DNA of 64,000 nucleotides, taken from Nitrososphaeria archaeon (GTDB lineage Archaea; Thermoproteota; Nitrososphaeria; Conexivisphaerales; UBA164). Below the pieces are notes generated by a model, which was not told the DNA's origin, did not search any database, and saw nothing but the letters and a program-made list of their open reading frames with translations. Location: assembly GCA_049976505.1 (NCBI GenBank), contig JBMFIC010000006.1, positions 964-64,963 on the forward strand, written 5' to 3'. The stretch's first letter is position 1; each line of letters opens with the position of its first letter. A program made the position numbers and the translations under genes. This document shows positions 9,662-18,769 of this stretch, in pieces.

Positions 9662-9708
9662 CAGTTATCTCTGGACCTCTTATAAACTAACCCTTGGTTT
9701 TAGCGCAA

Positions 9709-10581
9709 TCACGCTACAAAAGAAAGCAGTATTCCCAGAATGAGGGAGGCCTGTATGGTAAAATAGAGGCCCCTCAGCACCTGCTTCGTCATCTTTGCAG
9801 CCCTTCTGTCGAACTCAGATCTCTTCAGCTTTATTAGGGCGTAATAGGTTGTCACAATGCCAGCAAGTTCCGTTATCAGGTAAATCGGATGGATGTATGA
9901 GGCCAGATAGTAGATCCCCAGAAGAAACACGGCCAGGAGGCCTAGGAAGAGCTCCATGAGCAACAGCGCTGTTTCCTGTCCAAAGGTTACAGCTATTGAC
10001 CTGACCCCTGAGGCCCTGTCCCCCTCGTAATCTATGATGTCCCCGATCATAACGAGAAGCATTATCATTGTTCCGTTTACGGAGGCCACGAGGAAGGACA
10101 GAAGCGAGAACCTGAACAGTATTGCTGAAGCCGTGAAGGTTCCAACGAACCCTCCAAGCCAGCTAAGTAGGCTCTTCGTGTAATACTTCTCCTTTCCCCT
10201 TATGAACGGCATCGAGTACAGAGAGCTCAGCACGAAAGAAAGCGCAACCATAACTCCAGTAGCCGCGTTTATGTAGAACCCAACCGAAAGCGCGACCATC
10301 AATGAAAGGATTATCAGAGCTTTTGCGTCGGTCACGCTTGCCCTGCCTGAGGGCAGAGGCCTGCTCGGGTTGTTGAGCCTGTCCTCCTTAAGATCGAGGT
10401 AGTCGCTCAGTATATATGCGGCCACCGTTGCCGAGATGGCCGCGCTTACTCCTCCAGCAAACAGCAGGGGGCTTATCCTGACCCTGCTCAGCAGCAGCAG
10501 GTTGCTTGCAAGCCCAGTTGAATAGAGGAGAACGGCAACTATCCTGCTTCTTATAAGGCGTAAAATCCCCATCAGGCCCAT
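9709..10581 (-). CDS. UbiA-family prenyltransferase
   Basis: Multi-TM protein with Asp-rich motifs DYLDLKEDRLNNPSRPLPSG and DIIDYEGD. Confidence 0.88.
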   Translation of the reverse strand: MGLMGILRLIRSRIVAVLLYSTGLASNLLLLSRVRISPLLFAGGVSAAISATVAAYILSDYLDLKEDRLNNPSRPLPSGRASVTDAKALIILSLMVALSVGFYINAATGVMVALSFVLSSLYSMPFIRGKEKYYTKSLLSWLGGFVGTFTASAILFRFSLLSFLVASVNGTMIMLLVMIGDIIDYEGDRASGVRSIAVTFGQETALLLMELFLGLLAVFLLGIYYLASYIHPIYLITELAGIVTTYYALIKLKRSEFDRRAAKMTKQVLRGLYFTIQASLILGILLSFVA

Positions 10582-11447
10582 TCTTTCCTCACCTCCTCCT
10601 TCAGGCTCTCGATCACCCTGTCCGATTCAGCCAACTCGTAAATTCTGTTGAAGTGCTCTGAGAGCTTGGAGGCAATTATGGGGCTCTTGAAGCGAACTCC
10701 GAAGATGAAGCTCTTTCTTAAGCTATCTATGACCTCCACCCCAACGTCCTCAACATCTATGATTATGAAGCTGTAGGGAACGTAGTTCGATCTGACGTTC
10801 ACGTTAGGAAGCGAGTAGAACTTTGTGGCCAGCGCCTTAAGCTCCTCGTTGGATAACAGGCCAAGGTACTGCTTTACCCTTTCCGGGTCGTTCTCCTTGT
10901 TCGTTATTATGTATATAGGCACGCCCTTCTTCGCTATCTCGTACAATGCCTTAATTACTCTCATGTCTATGTACCTGCTGGCAAGCTTGACCTCGTACTT
11001 TGCCGACTCAAGCCTCGTTATGAGCGATCCGATTAAAGACTCCCAATCAGTGTAAACCTTGATTGGCTCCAAGTTTGAAACGCCAACTATCCTTTCTATG
11101 TTCTTGAGAAGCTCGTTGGCGAGCTTGAAGAAGTAGGCATCATAAAGGTAGTTTGAAAGCTCGCTGACCTCCTCGTTGTGTGAGAGCCAGTTCAGTATCT
11201 CCCTCTCCATGTTCAGCACAAAGAGGCCGAAGACGGTGAGCTGATACGTTCTGTTCTTCTTTGTAACGAGCCCGGCATCCCTCATTTCCTTCAGGACCTT
11301 GTAGAGCGTTCTTCTCCTCATCTTCAGGGATGCCGCCATTTCCCTAGAGACCCTGATGCCGCTTGAAAGGCTTTCAAGGATTTTATACGAATAACTAGTC
11401 GACAGTAATCTATTTAGCTCTGTAAGGCCGTTTTTCTTACCGCTCAT
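10572..11447 (-). CDS. TrmB-like regulator (wHTH plus PLD-fold effector domain)
   Basis: N-terminal HTH (RRTLYKVLKEMRDAGLV); C-terminal SAKYEVKLAS...FIIID...HFNRIYELA pattern. Confidence 0.65.
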   Translation of the reverse strand: MSGKKNGLTELNRLLSTSYSYKILESLSSGIRVSREMAASLKMRRRTLYKVLKEMRDAGLVTKKNRTYQLTVFGLFVLNMEREILNWLSHNEEVSELSNYLYDAYFFKLANELLKNIERIVGVSNLEPIKVYTDWESLIGSLITRLESAKYEVKLASRYIDMRVIKALYEIAKKGVPIYIITNKENDPERVKQYLGLLSNEELKALATKFYSLPNVNVRSNYVPYSFIIIDVEDVGVEVIDSLRKSFIFGVRFKSPIIASKLSEHFNRIYELAESDRVIESLKEEVRKEWA

Positions 11448-11641
11448 TCCTCTCCTAATTTACGATAGTAAAATGCTCGTTTTCAGTTATAAGATTTTTC
11501 TGCAAACATCTTGCATTATATTTGTATATTTTCAAAAAATAACTGCGATTTATTAATTTTTTAATCCATATATTTAAGCAAATTTACGATTGCTGTCTCA
11601 TAAAGATCGTTAATCGCTAAAAAACGGAACATAAAAGCTCA

Positions 11642-12955
11642 TCAGGCCCTTTCCTTTCTGCTTTCGTTCTTTTCATGCTCAAGCAGTAACGGCATTATCT
11701 GCTGGAGCATCCTCCTGGAGCGCTCTATCCTCGTCTTCGCCAGGTCCCTGAAATCCTCCCTGCTCATCTTAACTCTTGCGTACCCAAGCCTTACCGCCGC
11801 ATCCGCAACAGCAGCAGCCTCCTCAACGAACACCTCCCACTCATCCATGGTTGGAATTACATAATCTGTCGAGAGGCCTCTGAGCTCCGCCTGTTTTGCT
11901 AGCTCCTCTGCCGCCGCTATAACTATGAGGTCATCAACCTTTGCGCTCCTGCTGTCGAGGATGCCCCTGAAAACCGCCGGGAAGACCAGCGAGTTGTTCA
12001 CCTGGTTTGGAAAGTCGCTCCTTCCTGTTGCAATTATATAAGCCCCGGCCTGTCTTGCCTCCTCGGGCATAATCTCGGGGACAGGATTTGCGAGGAGAAA
12101 CGTTATCGGCCTGTCGTTCATGAGCTTTATCCAGTGGCTCTTTATCGTTCCAGGGCCTGGCCTGCTGGCTGCTATGAGCACGTCGGCTCCCTTGAACGCG
12201 TCCTCAACGGTGACCGCGTTCTCAGAGTTAGTCCTGATAGCGAGGTCATACTTCCACTTGTGCCTGAACATAAGCCTGTCGATGTCTTGCCTGTTGGCGT
12301 AGAGCGGACCCGTGCTGTCTATCAGCACAAGCTTCTTGGGATCGAACCCATACTCAATCAGTATGTACGCCGTCCTTATGTTTGCTGCCCCGGCCCCGAA
12401 CAGAACGACCTTAACGTCGCTTTTGCTCTTACCGACAAGCTTCAGAGCGTTTATGAGGGCGGCAAGAACGGCCCCGGCGGTTCCGTGCTGATCATCGTGC
12501 CATACAGGAATTCTGAGCTTCTGCAGCAGCGTCTCCCACACCTCAAAGCACATCGGGCTCTCAACGTCCTCTAGGTTAATTCCACCAAAAGATGGCTCAA
12601 CGGCCTGAGCAACCGACACGAGATCCTCTGCGGTCTCTGCCTTCACAGCGAGGGGAAACGCATCAACGCCTCCCAGGTATTTGTAGATGAGCGCCTTTCC
12701 CTCCATTACAGGAAGGCCGGCAACTGGTCCTATAGCCCCAAGCCCCAGGACCCTTGTGCCGTTCGTCAGAACAGCTATCGTGTTGCCCCTGCTGGTCAGC
12801 TCGAAGCTAAGGTCCTCATCCTTGGCTATGGCCCTTGATACCTCTGCAACCCCCGGCGTGTATATTATCGCGAAGTCGTCGTAGCTCTTCAGAGGAACCT
12901 TCGGGATCACCTGTATTTTACCGCCATATTGCCTGGAGTACTCAACTGGATCCAT
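11642..12955 (-). CDS. NAD(P)-dependent malic enzyme
   Basis: [34 protein letters not shown] and [11 protein letters not shown] motifs. Confidence 0.95.
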   Translation of the reverse strand: MDPVEYSRQYGGKIQVIPKVPLKSYDDFAIIYTPGVAEVSRAIAKDEDLSFELTSRGNTIAVLTNGTRVLGLGAIGPVAGLPVMEGKALIYKYLGGVDAFPLAVKAETAEDLVSVAQAVEPSFGGINLEDVESPMCFEVWETLLQKLRIPVWHDDQHGTAGAVLAALINALKLVGKSKSDVKVVLFGAGAANIRTAYILIEYGFDPKKLVLIDSTGPLYANRQDIDRLMFRHKWKYDLAIRTNSENAVTVEDAFKGADVLIAASRPGPGTIKSHWIKLMNDRPITFLLANPVPEIMPEEARQAGAYIIATGRSDFPNQVNNSLVFPAVFRGILDSRSAKVDDLIVIAAAEELAKQAELRGLSTDYVIPTMDEWEVFVEEAAAVADAAVRLGYARVKMSREDFRDLAKTRIERSRRMLQQIMPLLLEHEKNESRKERA

Positions 12956-13095
12956 GAATTTTTCTTCAAATCCCAATTATTAAAGCATATGTGAGGACGT
13001 CTTTCAGATCCTAGAAAGTTAGACAGAAGTCTAAGTTCGCATTATCGAACATTCGCGACTAAAATAAAAACGCTTTTATCATATTAAGGAATAAC

Positions 13096-14385
13096 TTGAT
13101 TATTATGAAGAATCCACAGGGCGTCAGCGGAGTAAAGGAGGAGGATCCATATAACAACGCCCTTACTCAGCTAGCCATGGCGGCCGAGGAGTCTCAGATA
13201 GATCCGGTCTATTACGAGATGCTTAAGTTCCCGATGCGAGAGCTCGCAACTTACATACACATCAAGATGCCTGACGGCACGGTCAGGAGCTTTATAGGGT
13301 ACAGGGTTCAGCACAACAACGCAAGAGGACCGTTTAAGGGAGGGATAAGGTATCATCCAAATGTTAACCTGAACGAGGTGAGGGCGCTTTCAATGTGGAT
13401 GACCTGGAAGACGGCTCTGATAGACATACCGTTCGGAGGGGCCAAGGGCGGCATCAACGTGGACCCCTCAGAGCTGTCCCAGGACGAGCTTGAGACCCTC
13501 ACCAGAAAGTACACCGACAGCGTGTTCAACTTCATAGGCCCCGAGGTTGACATCCCAGCCCCCGACGTTGGGACAAATCCCCAGGTCATGGCATGGATTA
13601 TGAACGAGTATTCAAAGCTGAAGGGCTATAACGTGCCCGCTGTCGTAACGGGCAAGCCTGTAGAGATCGGCGGCTCGGAGGGCAGGCTTGAAGCAACTGG
13701 AAGGGGCGTTGCGGTAATTGTCCGGGAAGTTGCCAGGAGGATCCTCAAAAAGGACATAAAGGATGTTACTGTTGCGGTCCAGGGCTTCGGCAACGTTGGC
13801 TCCTTCACCGTAAAGTTCCTCTCTGAAATGGGGGCAAAGATAGTGGGGATAAGCGATGTAAGCGGAGGAAAGCTCTTCAAGAACGGTCTCCCAATGAGCT
13901 TCGATCAGCTCTACGCCAGGTACACGTCAGCAAAGCTCTTCAGCAGGCTTGACATAGGTGAGGACATAACCAACGAGGAGCTGCTCGAGCTTCCTGTTGA
14001 CGTACTGATACCGGCGGCGATAGAGAACCAGATACACGAGGGCAACGCCGACAGAATAAACGCAAGGGCGATTGTTGAGGCCGCAAACGGACCAACAACG
14101 CCAATGGCCGACAAGAAGCTCCAGAACAGGGGGATACCCGTTATACCAGACATACTCGTTAACTCGGGCGGAGTGCTTGTATCGTACTTCGAATGGGTCC
14201 AGAACATTGAGCATGAGCACTGGGAGTACGAAGAGGTTGTCCAGAAGCTCGAGGCAAAGATGGTGAAGGCCTTTAACAGCATGTATGAGTACGCGAACGA
14301 GAGAAACGTGCCCTACAGGCTGGCAGCTCTTTCGATAGCAGTAAAAAGAGTTGTGGACGCTATGAAGCTAACCGGCTGGAAATAA
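13096..14385 (+). CDS. gdhA: Glutamate dehydrogenase
   Basis: GPFKGGIRY, PFGGAKGG, DIPAPDVGT, GFGNVG and EAANGP motifs. Confidence 0.95.
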   Translation: MIIMKNPQGVSGVKEEDPYNNALTQLAMAAEESQIDPVYYEMLKFPMRELATYIHIKMPDGTVRSFIGYRVQHNNARGPFKGGIRYHPNVNLNEVRALSMWMTWKTALIDIPFGGAKGGINVDPSELSQDELETLTRKYTDSVFNFIGPEVDIPAPDVGTNPQVMAWIMNEYSKLKGYNVPAVVTGKPVEIGGSEGRLEATGRGVAVIVREVARRILKKDIKDVTVAVQGFGNVGSFTVKFLSEMGAKIVGISDVSGGKLFKNGLPMSFDQLYARYTSAKLFSRLDIGEDITNEELLELPVDVLIPAAIENQIHEGNADRINARAIVEAANGPTTPMADKKLQNRGIPVIPDILVNSGGVLVSYFEWVQNIEHEHWEYEEVVQKLEAKMVKAFNSMYEYANERNVPYRLAALSIAVKRVVDAMKLTGWK

Positions 14386-14454
14386 AACCTGAGGCATTTC
14401 TCCAGTTCCCTCGAAAACTTTTTAATATAACACACAAATTAATAACATCCTATC

Positions 14455-16848
14455 TTGAGCAACAGGATAATAGGCGAAAATGTGCCTCAGCTGGACTCCT
14501 TGCTGAAGGTCACTGGCACCCTCAGATACGCCTTCGATATAACGCTTCCTGGCATGCTTTATGCAAAGCTGGTGACGAGCAAGTACGCGCACGCAAGAAT
14601 AAAGAGCGTCGATGTAAGCGATGCTCTAAGGGTTCCTGGGGTAGTTGCAGTGGTGACCGGAGCGGACTTCCCCTACAGGCTCGGAATTTATATCTCGGAC
14701 AGGGACGTTCTCGCGAACAAAAAGGTGAGGTGGGTAGGCCATCCTGTAGCAGCCGTCATAGCGACCGACCTCTCCTCGGCGGAGGAGGCTGTTGAAAAGG
14801 TAAACGTGGATTATGAAGAGCTAGAGACTGTTCTGGACGTGGAGAGGGCTCTGGAGAAGGACGCTCCTCTGGTTCACGAGGATCTGGATAAATACTCCGT
14901 TTTTCCGGGGTTCAAGCCCGTTCCAGGAACCAACATCGCGAACGAATTTCTGCTCGTCAAGGGCGATATAGATAAGGGGCTCAGGGAGTCCGATCTGGTA
15001 ATCGAAGAAACGTTCAGGCTGCCACAGATAAGCCACGTTACCATGGAGGTCCAGAACGCGATAGGATACTGGAGGCCCGATGACATAATAGAGATATGGA
15101 GCAGCGTCCAGTCCCCCTTCGCGACAAGATACCTACTGTCAAAATCGCTCAACGTCCCAATAAACCGCATAGTTGTTCATGCGCCGCCAATAGGAGGCGG
15201 CTTCGGGCTGAAGGCAGGCTTGGGGTGGGAGGCTCTTGTGGCGCTTCTTTCCAAAAAGGCGAACAACAGGCCCGTCAAGCTCGTGCTCAGCAGAGCCGAG
15301 CAGTTCATCTCGGCGCCAAGCAGGGACGGCTTCGTTGCAAAGGTGAAGGCGGGGTTCTCTAGGGACGGCCGCTTCAGGGCATATCATGCTGAGTTCCTTA
15401 TGGATGCCGGCGCATACGCAGACTACACTGTGAACGTCTCGAGGACTGCAGGATACTCAGCGGACGGATCCTACGACATAGAGAACGTGTTCGTGAGGAG
15501 CCTCGCAATCTACACAAACAAGATCCCGACGACCGCCATGAGGGGCTTTGGGCACCCCGAAAACCACTGGCCGCTTGAGCTCATTATAGACAGGGCAGCC
15601 AGGGAGCTTGGAATGGATCCCGTTGAAATAAGAAGGAAGAACCTCCTGAGGCCTGGCGTTTCACGCAGAGGAACCGGAGAGCTGGTCAGGGAGGATGAAG
15701 GCAATCCAGAGGCGGTGCTCATTACGGCAGCCGAGGCCATTCAGATGGGGAAGGTGGAGCAGCCCAGGAAGCCCTGGATAGTCAGGGGCAAGGGTATAGC
15801 GATGCTCGTTAAAGCACCATCTCAGCCTCCAAACGCAGGAGCATCGGCTGTTGTGAAGCTCAACGAAGACGGCTCGTTAGACGTAATAACTGGAACCGGA
15901 AGCATGGGCCAGGGAACTCCAACATCGCTTGCCATGATCGCCGCCGATGCCTTCGGGGTGCCCCTTGAGAAGGTTAAGGTGACTCAGCTTGAGGGGGTTG
16001 ACTCTGACAGGAATCCCTACACGTGGCAGACTGTCGGAAGCAGAGGTCTTTTCTCCGATGGAATCGCGCTTCTCAGGGCCATTGAGGACGCCAAGAGCCA
16101 GATAAGGGAGATGGCGTCGGTGGTCTTCAGGGTTCCAAAGGATGACGTTGAGGTGGCAGAAGGATACGTTTACTCGAGGACGCATCCGTGGATGAGGAAG
16201 GAGCTCAGGGAGTTCGCCAACGGCTACATGTTCCCGGACGGAACGACCGTGGGCGGCCCAGTTGTAGGCAGGGGAACGTACGCGCCGGTCCTGAACACGT
16301 TCCTAGATGAGAAGGGGCACGGAAGCAACACCGTCTTTCACACCTTCGGAGCTACCGCGGTCGAGATAGAGCTCAACCTTCTAACTGGAGAAATAAGGAT
16401 AATCAAGGCGGTACAGGTCTTCGACGTGGGCAGGGCGATAAACCTGCTTACGCTCAGGGGACAGGCCGACGGCGGCTTTATAATGGGCATGGGATCAGCG
16501 CTGTTCGAGGAGATAAGGTTTGACGAATCCGGCTGGGTTCTTAATCCAAACCTAACTCACTACTACGTGCCGAGGATAAGCGACGTAAACTTCGAGATTG
16601 AGGAGAGGTTTCTGGAAACGCCTCAGAAGGACGGGCCTCTCGGCGCAAGGGGAATAGGTGAGCACGTGATGATAGCGGTTGCCCCGGCCATAGCCAACGC
16701 TGTTCTACAGGCTACGGGCGTGAAGATGAACTACCTTCCTATGAAGGCCGAGAACGTCTGGAGGGAGCTCATGAGGCAGAGGCCGGAGCTTGTAGCTAGC
16801 GCTATGGAGGCCTACATGAGATCGTTAAAGGAGGTGCTTGCCAGATGA
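14455..16848 (+). CDS. Xanthine dehydrogenase/aldehyde oxidoreductase family molybdopterin subunit
   Basis: GGGFGLK, AMRGFG, MGQG and GARGIGE motifs; lacks the form I CODH AYxCSFR motif. Confidence 0.9.
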   Translation: MSNRIIGENVPQLDSLLKVTGTLRYAFDITLPGMLYAKLVTSKYAHARIKSVDVSDALRVPGVVAVVTGADFPYRLGIYISDRDVLANKKVRWVGHPVAAVIATDLSSAEEAVEKVNVDYEELETVLDVERALEKDAPLVHEDLDKYSVFPGFKPVPGTNIANEFLLVKGDIDKGLRESDLVIEETFRLPQISHVTMEVQNAIGYWRPDDIIEIWSSVQSPFATRYLLSKSLNVPINRIVVHAPPIGGGFGLKAGLGWEALVALLSKKANNRPVKLVLSRAEQFISAPSRDGFVAKVKAGFSRDGRFRAYHAEFLMDAGAYADYTVNVSRTAGYSADGSYDIENVFVRSLAIYTNKIPTTAMRGFGHPENHWPLELIIDRAARELGMDPVEIRRKNLLRPGVSRRGTGELVREDEGNPEAVLITAAEAIQMGKVEQPRKPWIVRGKGIAMLVKAPSQPPNAGASAVVKLNEDGSLDVITGTGSMGQGTPTSLAMIAADAFGVPLEKVKVTQLEGVDSDRNPYTWQTVGSRGLFSDGIALLRAIEDAKSQIREMASVVFRVPKDDVEVAEGYVYSRTHPWMRKELREFANGYMFPDGTTVGGPVVGRGTYAPVLNTFLDEKGHGSNTVFHTFGATAVEIELNLLTGEIRIIKAVQVFDVGRAINLLTLRGQADGGFIMGMGSALFEEIRFDESGWVLNPNLTHYYVPRISDVNFEIEERFLETPQKDGPLGARGIGEHVMIAVAPAIANAVLQATGVKMNYLPMKAENVWRELMRQRPELVASAMEAYMRSLKEVLAR

Positions 16849-17702
16849 GCTTCGGGAGCTCTTACTTTACGGTCCCGAAGTTCACTCACATAAAGCCATC
16901 CTCCATCGATGAGCTGCTCGACTTTCTCAGCGAGCACGGCGAGGAGGCAAAGGTCATGGCTGGAGGGGTTGGTCTCGTGGCGTTCATGAAGGAGAGGCTT
17001 CTTCGTCCGAAATACGTAGTCTCGCTTTCAGGCATCAACGAGCTTAAAACGCTCGAGCTTGGCGACAAAGGGCTCTCAGTTGGGGCTGGCGTGCATCTGA
17101 GCGAGCTCGAAAACGATGCCATAAGGAGGGCCTATCCCACGCTCTATTTTGCTGTAAGAAGCATAGCAGATCCCATAATAAGGAACATGGGCACGCTGAT
17201 TGGGGACTTCCTGGAGGCCCTGCCATGGGGGGACGCCTATCCTGCTCTCATTTCGTTGAACGCCAGGGCAGAGATTCTGAGCAGGAAGTCAAGAAGGGAG
17301 GTATCAGTTAACGGCATCGTCACGGGATTCGGGCAGACCGCCATCTCCGAGGATGAGATCGTGACCAGAATAACAGTTCCTAAAGAGGAGGTTGAGGGGA
17401 CTTACCTGAAGTTTTCCAACGCAAGCGAGTACGGTCTGGCAACGGTAGCCCTTTCATATTACCCAAAAAAGGAATCCTTCACAATGGTCATAGGTTCAGT
17501 ATCTGAGAGCCCTGTGATCCTGACTGAAAAGGACGTGGAGTGGAAGTTCGGAGAACCGCTCGAGCAGAACGCCAGAAGGCTGATCAGCTACATCGACAGG
17601 AACGTAAGCCCGATGTCCGACATGCTTTCAAGCTCTGAGTTCAGAAAGCACGTCGTCAAGGTGATTGCGCTGGAGGCCATAAAGGAGGTGTTCAAGCAGT
17701 GA
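16845..17702 (+). CDS. FAD-binding subunit (CoxM/XdhB-like)
   Basis: KVMAGG and IRNMGTLIGD motifs; overlaps the upstream gene. Confidence 0.88.
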   Translation: MSFGSSYFTVPKFTHIKPSSIDELLDFLSEHGEEAKVMAGGVGLVAFMKERLLRPKYVVSLSGINELKTLELGDKGLSVGAGVHLSELENDAIRRAYPTLYFAVRSIADPIIRNMGTLIGDFLEALPWGDAYPALISLNARAEILSRKSRREVSVNGIVTGFGQTAISEDEIVTRITVPKEEVEGTYLKFSNASEYGLATVALSYYPKKESFTMVIGSVSESPVILTEKDVEWKFGEPLEQNARRLISYIDRNVSPMSDMLSSSEFRKHVVKVIALEAIKEVFKQ

Positions 17703-18199
17703 AGGACGTGACGATCACCGTAAATGGCACGAAGTACTACCTCACCGTGAACGATAACGAGCTGCTGCTTGACACGCTGAGGAGCAGGCTGGGCATCACC
17801 AGCGTTAAGGCAGCATGCTGGAGGGGCGAGTGCGGCCTCTGCACGGTCCTGCTCAACGGCAAGCCCGTCAAGAGCTGCATGGTGCTCACCGTGGAGGTGG
17901 ATGGATCTGAGATAACCACGGCTGAGGGCCTTTATCATGATCCAAGGGCAAGGAAGCTTATGGACAGCTTCGTGAAACACGGAGCCATGCAGTGCGGATT
18001 CTGCACGCCGGCCTTCGTCGTGGCATCACATAGCCTGCTCCTCAGAAATCCAATGGCCGATGATGGGGAGATTTCTGAGTCCCTGAAGGGCATCGTATGC
18101 AGGTGCGGAACTTACTTCCAGATAAGGGCTGCAGTTAAGGATGCTGCAAAAAGCTACGTTAACGGCTTGAAGGACCAGGATCCCGTTCAAAGTTTTTAA
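17699..18199 (+). CDS. 2x[2Fe-2S] subunit (CoxS/XdhC-like)
   Basis: CWRGECGLC...SC and QCGFC...CRC ligands. Confidence 0.92.
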   Translation: MKDVTITVNGTKYYLTVNDNELLLDTLRSRLGITSVKAACWRGECGLCTVLLNGKPVKSCMVLTVEVDGSEITTAEGLYHDPRARKLMDSFVKHGAMQCGFCTPAFVVASHSLLLRNPMADDGEISESLKGIVCRCGTYFQIRAAVKDAAKSYVNGLKDQDPVQSF

Positions 18200-18222
18200 A
18201 TCCAGCAGCGCTATTATATTTT

Positions 18223-18275
18223 GCGTGATGAGTTCAGCCTTGTCGGATTCGTGAAGAGAGATCAACCGGCTGAGC
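18223..18275 (+). ncRNA. C/D-box guide sRNA with two guides complementary to 16S rRNA
   Basis: C box GTGATGA 18225-18231, 12-nt guide, D' CGGA, C' GTGAAGA, 12-nt guide, D CTGA 18270-18273. TTTTTAAA TATA at 18193-18200. Confidence 0.82.
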
Positions 18276-18322
18276 CATCACCTCTGGAAAGCTTATTATT
18301 TCACGGGTTCCAATAGTTTAGC

Positions 18323-18769
18323 ATGAAAATAGAGGGGTGCGAGCGCCTTCTGGTCGATGCCGAAAGGCTGTGGGACCTTCTTTCCGATCCACAGCAGATA
18401 GTTGCGTGCGTTCCAGGGCTCGTAAGCTATCAGATCTCTGGAAGCGAAATATCAGCAAAGGTTAAGCAGGGAATAGGCTTTCTCAAGGGGACCTTTGACG
18501 CAAAGGTTGTGATAGAGAGCAACGACAGAGCAGGAAAGACCGCCGTGCTGAAGATCTCCGGGAGCAGCAGCCTTGGAACCTTCGATGCATCTACAAGCGT
18601 TTTCGTGCGCGCTCAGGACGAACCATCTCTATGCTACAGCGCAGACGTCAAGGTTGCCGGCATGCTGGGAACCCTGTCTGGCGCGATCATAGCTAACAGC
18701 GTGAAGAAAATGGTCCAGGATTTTCTCAAATGTGCACAGGAGAAATTACTTCAGGGCAACAAGCTCTAG
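18323..18769 (+). CDS. coxG: CoxG/SRPBCC family protein
   Basis: LWDLLSDPQQIVACVPG motif; next to the Mo-enzyme operon. Confidence 0.85.
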   Translation: MKIEGCERLLVDAERLWDLLSDPQQIVACVPGLVSYQISGSEISAKVKQGIGFLKGTFDAKVVIESNDRAGKTAVLKISGSSSLGTFDASTSVFVRAQDEPSLCYSADVKVAGMLGTLSGAIIANSVKKMVQDFLKCAQEKLLQGNKL

